Source: a virus | Lineage: Duplodnaviria > Caudoviricetes | Virus record (IMG/VR): IMGVR_UViG_3300031972_001000 | Coordinates: 1-28,341 of that record | DNA: 28,341 bases | Strand: one strand, 5' to 3' | Shown: piece after piece, positions 1 to 8,049 of the stretch | Position numbering within the stretch: position 1 is the stretch's first letter | How the letters are laid out: each line of letters begins with the position of its first letter | Notes under the pieces: model-generated | What the model was told of the DNA's origin: nothing | The model's database searches: none | Seen by the model: only the letters and a program-made list of their open reading frames with translations | Program-made: the position numbers and the translations under genes

Positions 1-357
1 GGTGGCGTACGCGGGGTGCGCGCGCAGCCACGCGGCCTTGAACTGCCGGAATGTCTTCATCGTCGGCAGGCTCAGCCCGTGCTCGATCGCGATCGCGCGC
101 ACCTCGACGGCCCACCGGGCGATCTCGTCCTGGTACGCCTCGAGGATGTCGACGTCGCGAGTGCGGCGGAACAGGATCTCGCGCTCGTTCTCGTTGACCT
201 GGTCGATCAGCGCGCCGCGAGTCCACCAGCGCACCAGCGGGTCGAGCAGGCGCGACAGCCGGCGGTTGATGGCCGGTATGCGGGTGAGTACCAGGATGAT
301 GAATGCGGTGGCGCCCGCGATGGTGGGCCCGCTGATCAGGTCGGCGAGCCAGCTCAT
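1..357 (-). CDS. Single N-terminal TM lysis-cassette membrane protein (partial, runs off window edge)
   Basis: Not in ORF track; read by hand. ATG at 357 overlaps the upstream stop (ATGA); open for 119 codons to position 1: MSWLADLISGPTIAGATAFIILVLTRIPAINRRLSRLLDPLVRWW... One hydrophobic segment, then a charged helical region. Confidence 0.8.
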   Translation of the reverse strand, partial: MSWLADLISGPTIAGATAFIILVLTRIPAINRRLSRLLDPLVRWWTRGALIDQVNENEREILFRRTRDVDILEAYQDEIARWAVEVRAIAIEHGLSLPTMKTFRQFKAAWLRAHPAYAT

Positions 358-785
358 GACACCGATGGGTCGTCGGGACTCCGCGTGACCACGTACAGGA
401 TGCGCTCACGGAAGATGTCGACGAACACCCAGAAGCCGTGCAGAATGCACAGCAGCGCGTAGGCCGGCGCGACCTGCCAGCCCCACGCCTGACCCGCGTT
501 GATGACGCCGGCGATGATGCCGTACGTCAGTCCGGCGTAGGCCGCGGCGCTGGCCATGTGACACGCGATCGCCGTCGGCCACCAACTGCGGCGGTTCGCG
601 ACGAACCCGACGATGGCCGGGATGATCAGCCACAGCGCCCACACCTGGAATGGCAGCGCGGCCTCGACGGCGTTGAGCACCTTGGTCACACCGTGCGGGC
701 GCAGCAGGTACTCGATGCCCTGCGCCGCGGAGACGACGAACCACACGTCACCGAGTGGGACTCGTGACGTAGCGAGATTGCGCAC
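354..785 (-). CDS. Multi-pass (about 4 TM) membrane protein, holin-like or lysis accessory
   Basis: ORF 354..851. Preferred start is GTG at 785 with GGAGG at 792-796. Four hydrophobic segments; follows the holin. Confidence 0.7.
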   Translation of the reverse strand: MRNLATSRVPLGDVWFVVSAAQGIEYLLRPHGVTKVLNAVEAALPFQVWALWLIIPAIVGFVANRRSWWPTAIACHMASAAAYAGLTYGIIAGVINAGQAWGWQVAPAYALLCILHGFWVFVDIFRERILYVVTRSPDDPSVS

Positions 786-880
786 TCTGGTCCTCCAGTG
801 GATGGGGATTGCCAGGTGCAAGGTGACCCTGTTCATCCCGGTATTGATCACGCGGCTGTGGTCTCAACCGTTGAGGTAGG

Positions 881-1150
881 TCAGGGCTTCGCTGGCTCGA
901 CCGCCTTGGTCAGCGACGCGGTGCCGCGGTACCCGCGCCGGTAGCTGAGCAGTGAGGTGATCAGCGACGCGACGGCCATGCCGCCAGCGACATTGAGCCC
1001 GTCGAGCCACTGGATCGTGGTCAGGGCGATCTGGCCGCCTTCGGCCGCGGTGAAGATCGCCGATCCGACGACGAAGCCTTGCAGCGCGGACTTGCCGGCA
1101 CGCTCAGCGGTGTCCTGGATGAACGGGTTGTTGTGTAGGAAGTTGTCCAC
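881..1150 (-). CDS. Holin (r1t-like, 2 TM)
   Basis: GTG at 1150 preceded by AAGGAG. DTAERAGKSALQG...AGGMAVASLITSL pattern typical of actinophage r1t-type holins; directly after LysB. Confidence 0.8.
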   Translation of the reverse strand: MDNFLHNNPFIQDTAERAGKSALQGFVVGSAIFTAAEGGQIALTTIQWLDGLNVAGGMAVASLITSLLSYRRGYRGTASLTKAVEPAKP

Positions 1151-1167
1151 TGGGGTGCTCCTTTTTC

Positions 1168-2139
1168 TCAGATTGCGCGTAGGAAGTCGACCGCCGGGAA
1201 GCGGTTGTAGGCGTGCTGCTCGAGGTTCACGAAGAACCGGATCGCCTCGATGCCCGCGGTGGCGGCCGCGATGGTCTCCTGCAGCGGACGGGCGGCCCAC
1301 TCCAGCAGCTGCGCCACGAGCGAGTCCTCGCCGCCGAAGAAGTCGGTCGCCGAGAAGATGAGCCGCTGCACCATGACCTTCCACTCGTCGGCCTCGCGGT
1401 CACGAATGCAGGCGTACATGTCGCCGGCGTGGGCGTAGTTGCGGACCTCGAACGGCGCGTCGTCGAGGCCCTCCAGCCGGTCGGCCATGATGCCGAACGT
1501 GTCGGGGCCGGCCACTTGGTACTTCCAGTGGTCGAAGTGCGCGATTCCCTGCTGGCGCATCGGGTTTCCCCAGAACACCACCTTGCGGACGTCGGGCAGG
1601 CGGTGATGCAGCCGGCCGGCCGGATTCATGATGTCGTGCTTGAGCACCTGGCCGATGACGACCGCGCCCTGCGAGTATCCGGCGAGCGCGATCGGGCCGG
1701 GCTTGGAGTCGATCTGCAGCACCGTCTCGGCGCGGCCCTTGTCGATCGACGGCTTCATGGGGAACGGCACTGCCGGGTAGTTGCCGATGGGCTGCCAGCG
1801 GTAGCGGTCGAGCACATCGCGGGCAGTGTCGGCGGGCAGGCCGGGCCCGAGTGGGTCTGCCATGCCGGTGCCGTGAACGGTGAACAGCCAGGGCATCTCG
1901 CGAGCGTCGGGCACGGGTGAGATGCCGAGCACGGTCAGGTCATGGTCGGACACCTCGCCGTCGTCGACCTGGAACGTGCGCCGCTCATACTCACGCTGCC
2001 ACGCCACCGCGCGGGGCCCGAACTCGTCGGTGTCGCCGGGTAGCGGGCCATGGATGCGCGCATACCCGGCGAACCGGACAGCCATGACCTGGCGCCACTT
2101 TCGGACGGTGGGGTTGCGGTCGTGCAGCCGTAGCGGCAT
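1168..2139 (-). CDS. lysB: Lysin B (mycolylarabinogalactan esterase, cutinase-like)
   Basis: N-terminal PG-binding-like segment (DTDEFGPRAVAWQREYE), HGTG, GYSQG nucleophile motif, GNP motif, GDMY acid, C-terminal His. Coupled to LysA (TGATG). Confidence 0.92.
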   Translation of the reverse strand: MPLRLHDRNPTVRKWRQVMAVRFAGYARIHGPLPGDTDEFGPRAVAWQREYERRTFQVDDGEVSDHDLTVLGISPVPDAREMPWLFTVHGTGMADPLGPGLPADTARDVLDRYRWQPIGNYPAVPFPMKPSIDKGRAETVLQIDSKPGPIALAGYSQGAVVIGQVLKHDIMNPAGRLHHRLPDVRKVVFWGNPMRQQGIAHFDHWKYQVAGPDTFGIMADRLEGLDDAPFEVRNYAHAGDMYACIRDREADEWKVMVQRLIFSATDFFGGEDSLVAQLLEWAARPLQETIAAATAGIEAIRFFVNLEQHAYNRFPAVDFLRAI

Positions 2140-3125
2140 CAGCGCGCCTCGGCGATCTCGGTCAGCGCCTTACCCCACGCCGCGATCGAGTCACGCTGCG
2201 TCAGCGCCACGCCGCCGGGGCCATTGGCCGGCCAATCCTTGTGGCCCGGGCCCTGCTGCTCGGCGATGTACTCCAGCAGTTCGCGATCAGTCGCCGACTG
2301 TGGCCACGGCTTCGGTGGCACCGCAATGACGTTCCCGCCGTCGGGCTTGAACCCGGCGGCCTTGAGCTTCTCCAGCGTGATCGGGCCCACGATGCCGTCG
2401 GCGTCGATCCCGGCGCCGCGCTGGAATGCCCGCACGGCCTGCTCGGTCAGCGGGCCGAAGTCGCCGTCGACGTCTAGGCCGGCGCCGCGGGTGTTGAGGA
2501 ACGCCTGCAGTCGCTTGACGTGCTCGCCATTGTGGCCGAGCTCGGCCCAGTACGACGGCTGCACGACGACGGGCGGGATCGTGCCGCCGCCGGTCCCGCC
2601 GCGTCGGAAGGTCGAGAACCCGTCAGCGCGGATCTTGCGGCGGATGAAGTCGTTGCAGCGGGCGATGTCCTGGTAGGTGCCGTAGCCCATCTGGAAGTGC
2701 ATGGGGTCGATCGGGTTGTCCCAGTGCTGGGCGAAGAACACCATGCCCTCGTACCAGCCGGCCCCGGGCCCGCGGCTGTTCTGCTTGGTGCCGAACAGTT
2801 CCTCGAGAACGCGGCGCTCGTTGGCGTCCCAGCCGGCCCAGTTGACGCGGAACGGGTGGTCGTTCCAGTTGAGATCCATCGCGGTGCCGCCGAGGTGGTT
2901 CGACGTCGGCACGCTGTTGGTGCCGGTCCAGCCGCCCTCGTCGCCGCCACTCGATCCGGCGCGTCCGTTGTTGAGCGACTCGACGAACTGGTGGATGTCA
3001 GCCGCGGCAGCCTTGAGGATGACGTTCGGGATGCCGCGCTGCAGCGGGATCACGATGCTGGTGCCAGGAATGGGGTTGCGGTCGAGCATGTCGGGTCCGC
3101 ACGCGGGCCAACCGTTTTCGGTCAT
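2139..3125 (-). CDS. lysA: Lysin A (M15-type Zn peptidase + peptidoglycan-binding domain + C-terminal domain)
   Basis: TENGWP start, SNHLGGTAMDLNW and DPMHFQ motifs, PG-binding motif (LQAFL...VDGDFGPLTEQAVRAFQ...DGIVGP), RBS GAAAGGA. Confidence 0.92.
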   Translation of the reverse strand: MTENGWPACGPDMLDRNPIPGTSIVIPLQRGIPNVILKAAAADIHQFVESLNNGRAGSSGGDEGGWTGTNSVPTSNHLGGTAMDLNWNDHPFRVNWAGWDANERRVLEELFGTKQNSRGPGAGWYEGMVFFAQHWDNPIDPMHFQMGYGTYQDIARCNDFIRRKIRADGFSTFRRGGTGGGTIPPVVVQPSYWAELGHNGEHVKRLQAFLNTRGAGLDVDGDFGPLTEQAVRAFQRGAGIDADGIVGPITLEKLKAAGFKPDGGNVIAVPPKPWPQSATDRELLEYIAEQQGPGHKDWPANGPGGVALTQRDSIAAWGKALTEIAEAR

Positions 3126-3155
3126 GGGGGCTGTTCCTTTCGGGCATGGCAGCGA

Positions 3156-3180
3156 CCCTGCTGCGGGGAAGTCAGCAGGG
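3156..3180 (-). promoter_or_regulatory. Stem-loop in the lysA leader
   Basis: CCCTGCTG (3156-3163) / CAGCAGGG (3173-3180) 8-bp inverted repeat about 30 nt upstream of the lysA start. No U-tract. Confidence 0.35.
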
Positions 3181-3194
3181 GCGAAGTCGGGAGG

Positions 3195-3374
3195 TCAGAT
3201 AAAGCAGCGCAACGCGCCCCAGCGATGCGCCCACACAGTCGAGCGGCGCTGCGCCGGGCGTCCGCGGTGCTCGTCGACCGGGCGACCGTCGAGAGGACAC
3301 CTATCCTCGGGATGGCCCTCGTTGAAGTCCGGGTCCGAGGTGCCGAAGCGGTCGAGGTGGTCGAACAGGGTCAT
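3195..3374 (-). CDS. Small hypothetical protein (59 aa)
   Basis: Below ORF-track cutoff. ATG overlaps the previous stop (ATGA 3371-3374); MTLFDHLDRFGTSDPDFNEGHPEDRCPLDGRP...WGALRCFI*; fills the gap before lysA. Confidence 0.55.
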   Translation of the reverse strand: MTLFDHLDRFGTSDPDFNEGHPEDRCPLDGRPVDEHRGRPAQRRSTVWAHRWGALRCFI

Positions 3375-4186
3375 CCGAACGGCCTGAACGCTGCAGGCGC
3401 CGGCATCAGCACGAACCCTCGGCGGGCGCCGTCGTAGCCGTAGTCAGTGCCCCAGATGCGGTTGATCGTGGTGCTCGGCGCGGGGAACGGCCGGTCGTAG
3501 GCCGCCTCGATCGCCGGGCGCTGGCGGGCATCTTCGTCGGCCTTGCGCTGCAGGCTCCACCACTTGCTCTCGATGCCGGGCAGCGGGTAGGTCGGCGCGA
3601 GCACGTAGGTCACGTTGGGGTTCTCGGGGTCGACCCAGGCGGTGTTGCGGGGGTCGCCGATGCGCACGTTGGTGTAGTCCGAGTGCACGGCCAGCGACAC
3701 GTTCGACACCGCGGCGCGCACCGACCGGTCAGCCGGGTAGTCCTCCGGGGCGCCGTACTGGCGGGCCACGTCCCACACCCGGTAGGCGCAGTCGTCCGGC
3801 ACGCCGGTGTAGCTGTAACCGCTGACGATGCCCGAGCGTTCGACCGTCGCCGCGCCCCCGTACTTGCGCTCGGGGTGGCCAGTGAGCACGAACACGCACC
3901 GTTCGGGCGGGCACGCGGCGAGCACCTCGGCGTCGTCCATGAGGCTGCCGGCGATGCGCGCGCCGAGCGACTGGCCGAGGACGGCGACCTGGCCGCGGGA
4001 CTCCAGCAGCGCGGCCTTGAGCTTGGCCCGCCCGTCGTCGAAGTTCGATTGCGCGACGAACTTGTTGCTGTAGACGATGTCTCGACGCTGATACGGCGGC
4101 CGGAATAGCTCGCCGCCGAGGTGGTCGTTGTCCAGGCGCGGCTTCGGGCTGGCACCGGCCAGGCAGAAGGTGGTGATCGTAGCCAC
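3371..4186 (-). CDS. PE-PPE-domain / cutinase-like alpha/beta hydrolase
   Basis: GQSLG nucleophile elbow, FVLTGHPERKYGG, DVARQY..EDYP, VHSDY motifs; GGAGG RBS before GTG. Confidence 0.8.
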   Translation of the reverse strand: MATITTFCLAGASPKPRLDNDHLGGELFRPPYQRRDIVYSNKFVAQSNFDDGRAKLKAALLESRGQVAVLGQSLGARIAGSLMDDAEVLAACPPERCVFVLTGHPERKYGGAATVERSGIVSGYSYTGVPDDCAYRVWDVARQYGAPEDYPADRSVRAAVSNVSLAVHSDYTNVRIGDPRNTAWVDPENPNVTYVLAPTYPLPGIESKWWSLQRKADEDARQRPAIEAAYDRPFPAPSTTINRIWGTDYGYDGARRGFVLMPAPAAFRPFG

Positions 4187-4205
4187 GGGGTCACCTCCTG
4201 GTCGG

Positions 4206-4211
4206 TATGCT
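4206..4211 (+). promoter_or_regulatory. Candidate SigA-type -10 (TATGCT) for a leaderless lipoprotein transcript
   Basis: TANNNT hexamer ending 8 nt before ATG 4220. No SD and no recognisable -35. Confidence 0.45.
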
Positions 4212-4219
4212 CGGCCCCC

Positions 4220-5011
4220 ATGTGGGGGAAGTTGCTAGCCGTCGTATTTGTTGTCGCTGCTCTGGCAGGGTGTGACCGGACGCCGCCGGCCTACGAATCG
4301 CGCTACACCCCACCCCCGCCGACGACCCCGGCGTGGCTGCCCGCTGAACATCCCCCGTTCGACCCCGGCACCATCGCCGCGGCCCTGCAATCGCAGCAGC
4401 CCTACGCGATCGCTGTGCTCGGCGACTCCACTGGCAACGCGCCCGACGAATGGGTACACCGCGTCGCGCAACGCATCGCCGAGGACTACGGCCGCGAAGT
4501 CACGGTGAACGGCTGGAACGGGGAAACGAACCGGTACGAATACGTCACCGTCTACGGCTCCGGCTCGCCCGTCACGGTGTGGAACGCTTCAGCCCCAGGG
4601 GAGCCGGCCCAGTATTCGATCGAGTGGTATCCGCAGATGGTGCCCCAACCGGTGAACCTGACCTTCATCAACCACTCGCATAACCGGACCTCAGACGTGC
4701 TGCTCGGCGCCGCCAGCTTGATCGACACCTCGTACGCCAATACCCTGCCCGGAGGCGGTGTGGTGGTGATCCTGCAGAACCCGCGTATCGACGCACCCGC
4801 CCACGAAGGGCAGAAGATGATCGCCCGGCTCCGCGAAATCTACAGCGATCCCCGGTACGGCGCGGTCACCGTGGATGTGTTCTCGGCGTTCACCGACACT
4901 GGCAACGTCCCGGCTTTGCTTGGCACCGATGGCGCGCACCCCAACGAGCAAGGTTCGCAACTGTGGGCCGACACCGTGTGGTCGACCCTCGGACTGGGTC
5001 AGGCGACCTGA
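4220..5011 (+). CDS. Lipoprotein SGNH/GDSL hydrolase (moron-like, opposite strand)
   Basis: MWGKLLAVVFVVAALAGC signal with LAGC lipobox (Cys18), Pro-rich linker, GDST block I, NASAPG block II, SHN block III, DGAHP block V; 263 aa. Confidence 0.88.
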   Translation: MWGKLLAVVFVVAALAGCDRTPPAYESRYTPPPPTTPAWLPAEHPPFDPGTIAAALQSQQPYAIAVLGDSTGNAPDEWVHRVAQRIAEDYGREVTVNGWNGETNRYEYVTVYGSGSPVTVWNASAPGEPAQYSIEWYPQMVPQPVNLTFINHSHNRTSDVLLGAASLIDTSYANTLPGGGVVVILQNPRIDAPAHEGQKMIARLREIYSDPRYGAVTVDVFSAFTDTGNVPALLGTDGAHPNEQGSQLWADTVWSTLGLGQAT

Positions 5012-6465
5012 TCCCAGGCGTCGGTGATGGCCTTCAGCCACACCTCTTCGCCCGTCTCACCGGAACCATCCGCCGCGGTCGGATGAACGCCGTCGCTGGC
5101 CTCCACCAGGTCAGCCACACCGGCAGGCCAGTCGAGGAACGCCTTGTAGGTGTCGATCACCACCAGCCCGGCCCGCGCGGCGTAGCCCATCAGCAGTTTC
5201 CGCCTGCGCGCGTGAGCCTGAATGTAGTCAGCGCCGAACGGGGCGATCTGCGGGTTCTGCGTCAGGATCACCTGCTGACAGCCCGGCACCCGCGCGTCGA
5301 TCGCATCCGAGAACGCCTTGCGCGCCGTCAGATACGCCGCACCCACATCGGTCGTGGCGTCGTTGTGCGAGCACGACTGGAACACCACCGACCCCGCATA
5401 AGGGTGGATCATCTTCGGCAATCGGCCGCTGTCGGCGAGGTAGGTGAGATTCGCGCCCGGTTTCGACCCGTTCAGCACATACAGTGTCGGGGAGCCGCCG
5501 AACGTGCCCGCAATGTACGAACCGGAAACCCCACGCGGCGTCCACGAGTCAATCGGCTGCGGGTTGACGATCTTCCCGTCGATGCCGTCGCGGATCTGCA
5601 CCTCGTAGATACGGCCCATCAGCATCTCGGCGTTCAGGCCGCGCCCACCGATCTCGTAATCCGTGGCCGAAGCGTCGAAGATGCTTGTCGTGGAGCCGGG
5701 AACGACGCTGTTGGTGATCGTCGTCCACGTCACACCATCAGTGGACTTGTAGAACGTGGCGGTGTATCCGCCTGAACCGTTGTCCACATCGAGGGTGACG
5801 CGCACCCACGCCTCGGTTCCATCAGCAATGGCGGCCCCGGTGGATGATCGGGAGATGTTCGTGGTGCCGTCCGTCGTCCAGAGGAACGACAGCGCACCCG
5901 ACGAGTTGACCTGGAAGATGAAGCCGCGCTGACCGGCGGCGCCGTAATGGGCGACGAGATCCTGCGACGACGCCGGTGTCCAGTCGTCCAACCGGACACG
6001 CACGCGGATGTCGATGTCGCCGGAGATGTGCGGAAACGACGCGTAGGGCAGATAGAAGGTGCGGGAGTTGTTGGTGAACAACGCGTAACGCTCCCCGCTG
6101 GCGCCGGCTTGCAGCACCGACCACGCGCCGTACGCCTGCGTCGCGTCATCCCACAGCTTGTACTTGACGTGCGCGTCGGGATGACGGTCAGCCAGCCACT
6201 CCGACAATAGGTACACCCACTCATCGGGGGCGTTAGCCGTCGAGTCGCCCGGCACCTGCACCGCGGTCGAGTTGCCGCCCGCAGCCAGCGCAGCATCGAC
6301 AGCGGAGAAGATCCCGTCAGCGAGTCGCGGGCGCCGCGCGAAACCAGCCAATACGCGAGAGTCGGCAACGGGCTCGGCCACGACGCCGATTTCTGTGCGC
6401 AACTTCTCAGGAACTTTCGTACCTGCTGACTGCGCGTCGTCGAAGGGTACCAGCACATCAGCCAC
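4999..6465 (-). CDS. SGNH/GDSL hydrolase with inserted lectin (LamG/ConA-like) domain, probable tail-associated protein
   Basis: GDST, NGSKPG, SHND and DGVHP blocks, interrupted by a roughly 200-aa beta-rich domain; located at the end of the minor tail cluster. Confidence 0.8.
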   Translation of the reverse strand: MADVLVPFDDAQSAGTKVPEKLRTEIGVVAEPVADSRVLAGFARRPRLADGIFSAVDAALAAGGNSTAVQVPGDSTANAPDEWVYLLSEWLADRHPDAHVKYKLWDDATQAYGAWSVLQAGASGERYALFTNNSRTFYLPYASFPHISGDIDIRVRVRLDDWTPASSQDLVAHYGAAGQRGFIFQVNSSGALSFLWTTDGTTNISRSSTGAAIADGTEAWVRVTLDVDNGSGGYTATFYKSTDGVTWTTITNSVVPGSTTSIFDASATDYEIGGRGLNAEMLMGRIYEVQIRDGIDGKIVNPQPIDSWTPRGVSGSYIAGTFGGSPTLYVLNGSKPGANLTYLADSGRLPKMIHPYAGSVVFQSCSHNDATTDVGAAYLTARKAFSDAIDARVPGCQQVILTQNPQIAPFGADYIQAHARRRKLLMGYAARAGLVVIDTYKAFLDWPAGVADLVEASDGVHPTAADGSGETGEEVWLKAITDAWDQVA

Positions 6466-6468
6466 GGC

Positions 6469-6933
6469 TTATGCTCCTGTCATTTCATAGAATCCGTCTG
6501 CATTCTTCACAAACACTGCGCCCGGCCCCATTACATAAAAACCGTCTGCGTTCTTGGCCAGCGTCACAGTCCAATCACTGGAATGCTCCTCTACGTACTG
6601 AGATACGGCAGCAGCGAGAAGCTCCTGCGCCGTATCCGGCGAGTAGGCGACACCAGCCTCGATGACAGACCACAGGCCGCTGTCCTCAACCGGAATCGTG
6701 ACGAGATACCGCTTGCCGTCGGGGTTCCCGATGTAGACCTTCTTGCCCGCTTCGGCGCGAATCGTCAGCACGCCAGCCTTGGGCCACCACCGGGTCGCCT
6801 CCTCGCCGGGCGTGATGACACCGCCGCCGCCGCCGCCATCCTGGTACGTCGCCGCCTGCGTTGTCCATGGCCGCGGATCAGGGCGGCCCGATTCGTCGCG
6901 GACCAGATCGCCAGTGATCGTCACGAGCGCCAT
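6469..6933 (-). CDS. Minor tail-region protein
   Basis: 154 aa, coupled to the previous gene (TAATG-type/1-nt overlap at 6933); C-terminal KNADGFY-x-M repeat. Confidence 0.7.
   Translation of the reverse strand: MALVTITGDLVRDESGRPDPRPWTTQAATYQDGGGGGGVITPGEEATRWWPKAGVLTIRAEAGKKVYIGNPDGKRYLVTIPVEDSGLWSVIEAGVAYSPDTAQELLAAAVSQYVEEHSSDWTVTLAKNADGFYVMGPGAVFVKNADGFYEMTGA
6488..6555 (-). repeat. Degenerate direct repeat encoding KNADGFY-x-M twice
   Basis: tagaatccgtctgcattctt (6488-6507) versus taaaaaccgtctgcgttctt (6536-6555); 48-nt period. Confidence 0.75.
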
Positions 6934-8048
6934 CAGTTACTCACCCCTGCGATGTAGAACGTGCGGTCATGGCGTCGGCCCTTCTTTGTCGACACGCGCA
7001 CCTGCACACGGGCCTGCGAGAACATGCTGCCGCCGGACAGCCACACCTGGGTCATGTTGTCCTCGAACGCTTCCGACACCTTCTGCAGCGTGCCGCTCAC
7101 CGTGTGCTCGACCGACACGATCTCGTCGTCGGGGGCCATGTGGTTGTGCCAGTGCAGCGTGTAGTCGAGGGTGTCGTCGGGGTCTTTCTCCCAGATCGGC
7201 ATGAGCACGCCGTCGGCGGTCACCGCAAAGTTCTCGAGGAACTCGCGCGGGTCCGCGGTGCCGAGCTTCGGGATGACGTGCTCGCGGTCGGGGTGCGGCG
7301 TCGCGAGCCGGTAGATGTCCGCGCCGACCCGCTGCCGCGGCGACAGGTTCGTGCGCGCCGCGCCACCCGTGTACACCGGGGTGGGCGGCAGGTTCAGCGC
7401 GAAGCCCGCCCAGTTCGCCGTCGACGCGTTGTGCGTGGCTGTGCACGTCACCGAGGTATCGCCGCGGGCCTCGCCGAGGATCAGGTGCCCACCGCCGGCG
7501 ACGATCGCGCTGGCGACCCGCTCGTGGTTGTAGCCGCTGATGCCGCGCAGCTTGCCCACCATGTGCGCCGAGATCACCCGGTGCGCAGGATTGACCGACG
7601 ACACCACCACCGAGCTCGACGCGGCCGAACCCGACGCCACGGCCGTCACCACGTTGTCGCCGATGTTGTCCAGGTCCAGCGCCTCGACCTGCGACCACAC
7701 CCCGCCGACCAGCAGCAGGTTGCGTGTGTTGATCAGCGCGTTGAACGGCACACCCGAGAACGTCGCAGCCAGGTCGTCGGACTCGGGATTCTCGAAGATG
7801 AAGCCGCGCAGCACGCTGTCGTTGTCGGTGAAGTAGATCGGGTCGAACAGCGACACCCCCGACACCCCGCCGAGCGTGACGTCGAACGTGGCCTCGTCGA
7901 TGTCCTGCTCGGCGGTGTAGCCCAGCGCCGCGATGCCGTAGGTGTTGACCGCATCCGGCACCGTCAGTGCGGTGTCGATGTCGCCGCTGGTGACCGTCGA
8001 CAGGATGGCGGCCGCCCGCTGCGCTGCGGCGATCCGAGTCACGGGCAT
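6933..8048 (-). CDS. Minor tail protein with C-terminal fibre-adaptor-like domain
   Basis: 371 aa, beta-rich; C-terminal KDPDDTLDYTLHW...TQVWLSGG...RVSTKKGRRHDRTF. Confidence 0.7.
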   Translation of the reverse strand: MPVTRIAAAQRAAAILSTVTSGDIDTALTVPDAVNTYGIAALGYTAEQDIDEATFDVTLGGVSGVSLFDPIYFTDNDSVLRGFIFENPESDDLAATFSGVPFNALINTRNLLLVGGVWSQVEALDLDNIGDNVVTAVASGSAASSSVVVSSVNPAHRVISAHMVGKLRGISGYNHERVASAIVAGGGHLILGEARGDTSVTCTATHNASTANWAGFALNLPPTPVYTGGAARTNLSPRQRVGADIYRLATPHPDREHVIPKLGTADPREFLENFAVTADGVLMPIWEKDPDDTLDYTLHWHNHMAPDDEIVSVEHTVSGTLQKVSEAFEDNMTQVWLSGGSMFSQARVQVRVSTKKGRRHDRTFYIAGVSN

Positions 8049-8049
8049 A

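Noticed and set aside
4421-6249. Shared SGNH motif sequences (4421-4456 and 6214-6249) as inverted repeats of an invertible segment
   Set aside because: Many third-position mismatches and no recombinase in the window; explained by protein homology.
6488-6555. Repeat as a DGR template/variable region pair
   Set aside because: Only about 20 nt long, differences are synonymous rather than adenine-specific, and no reverse transcriptase is present in the window.
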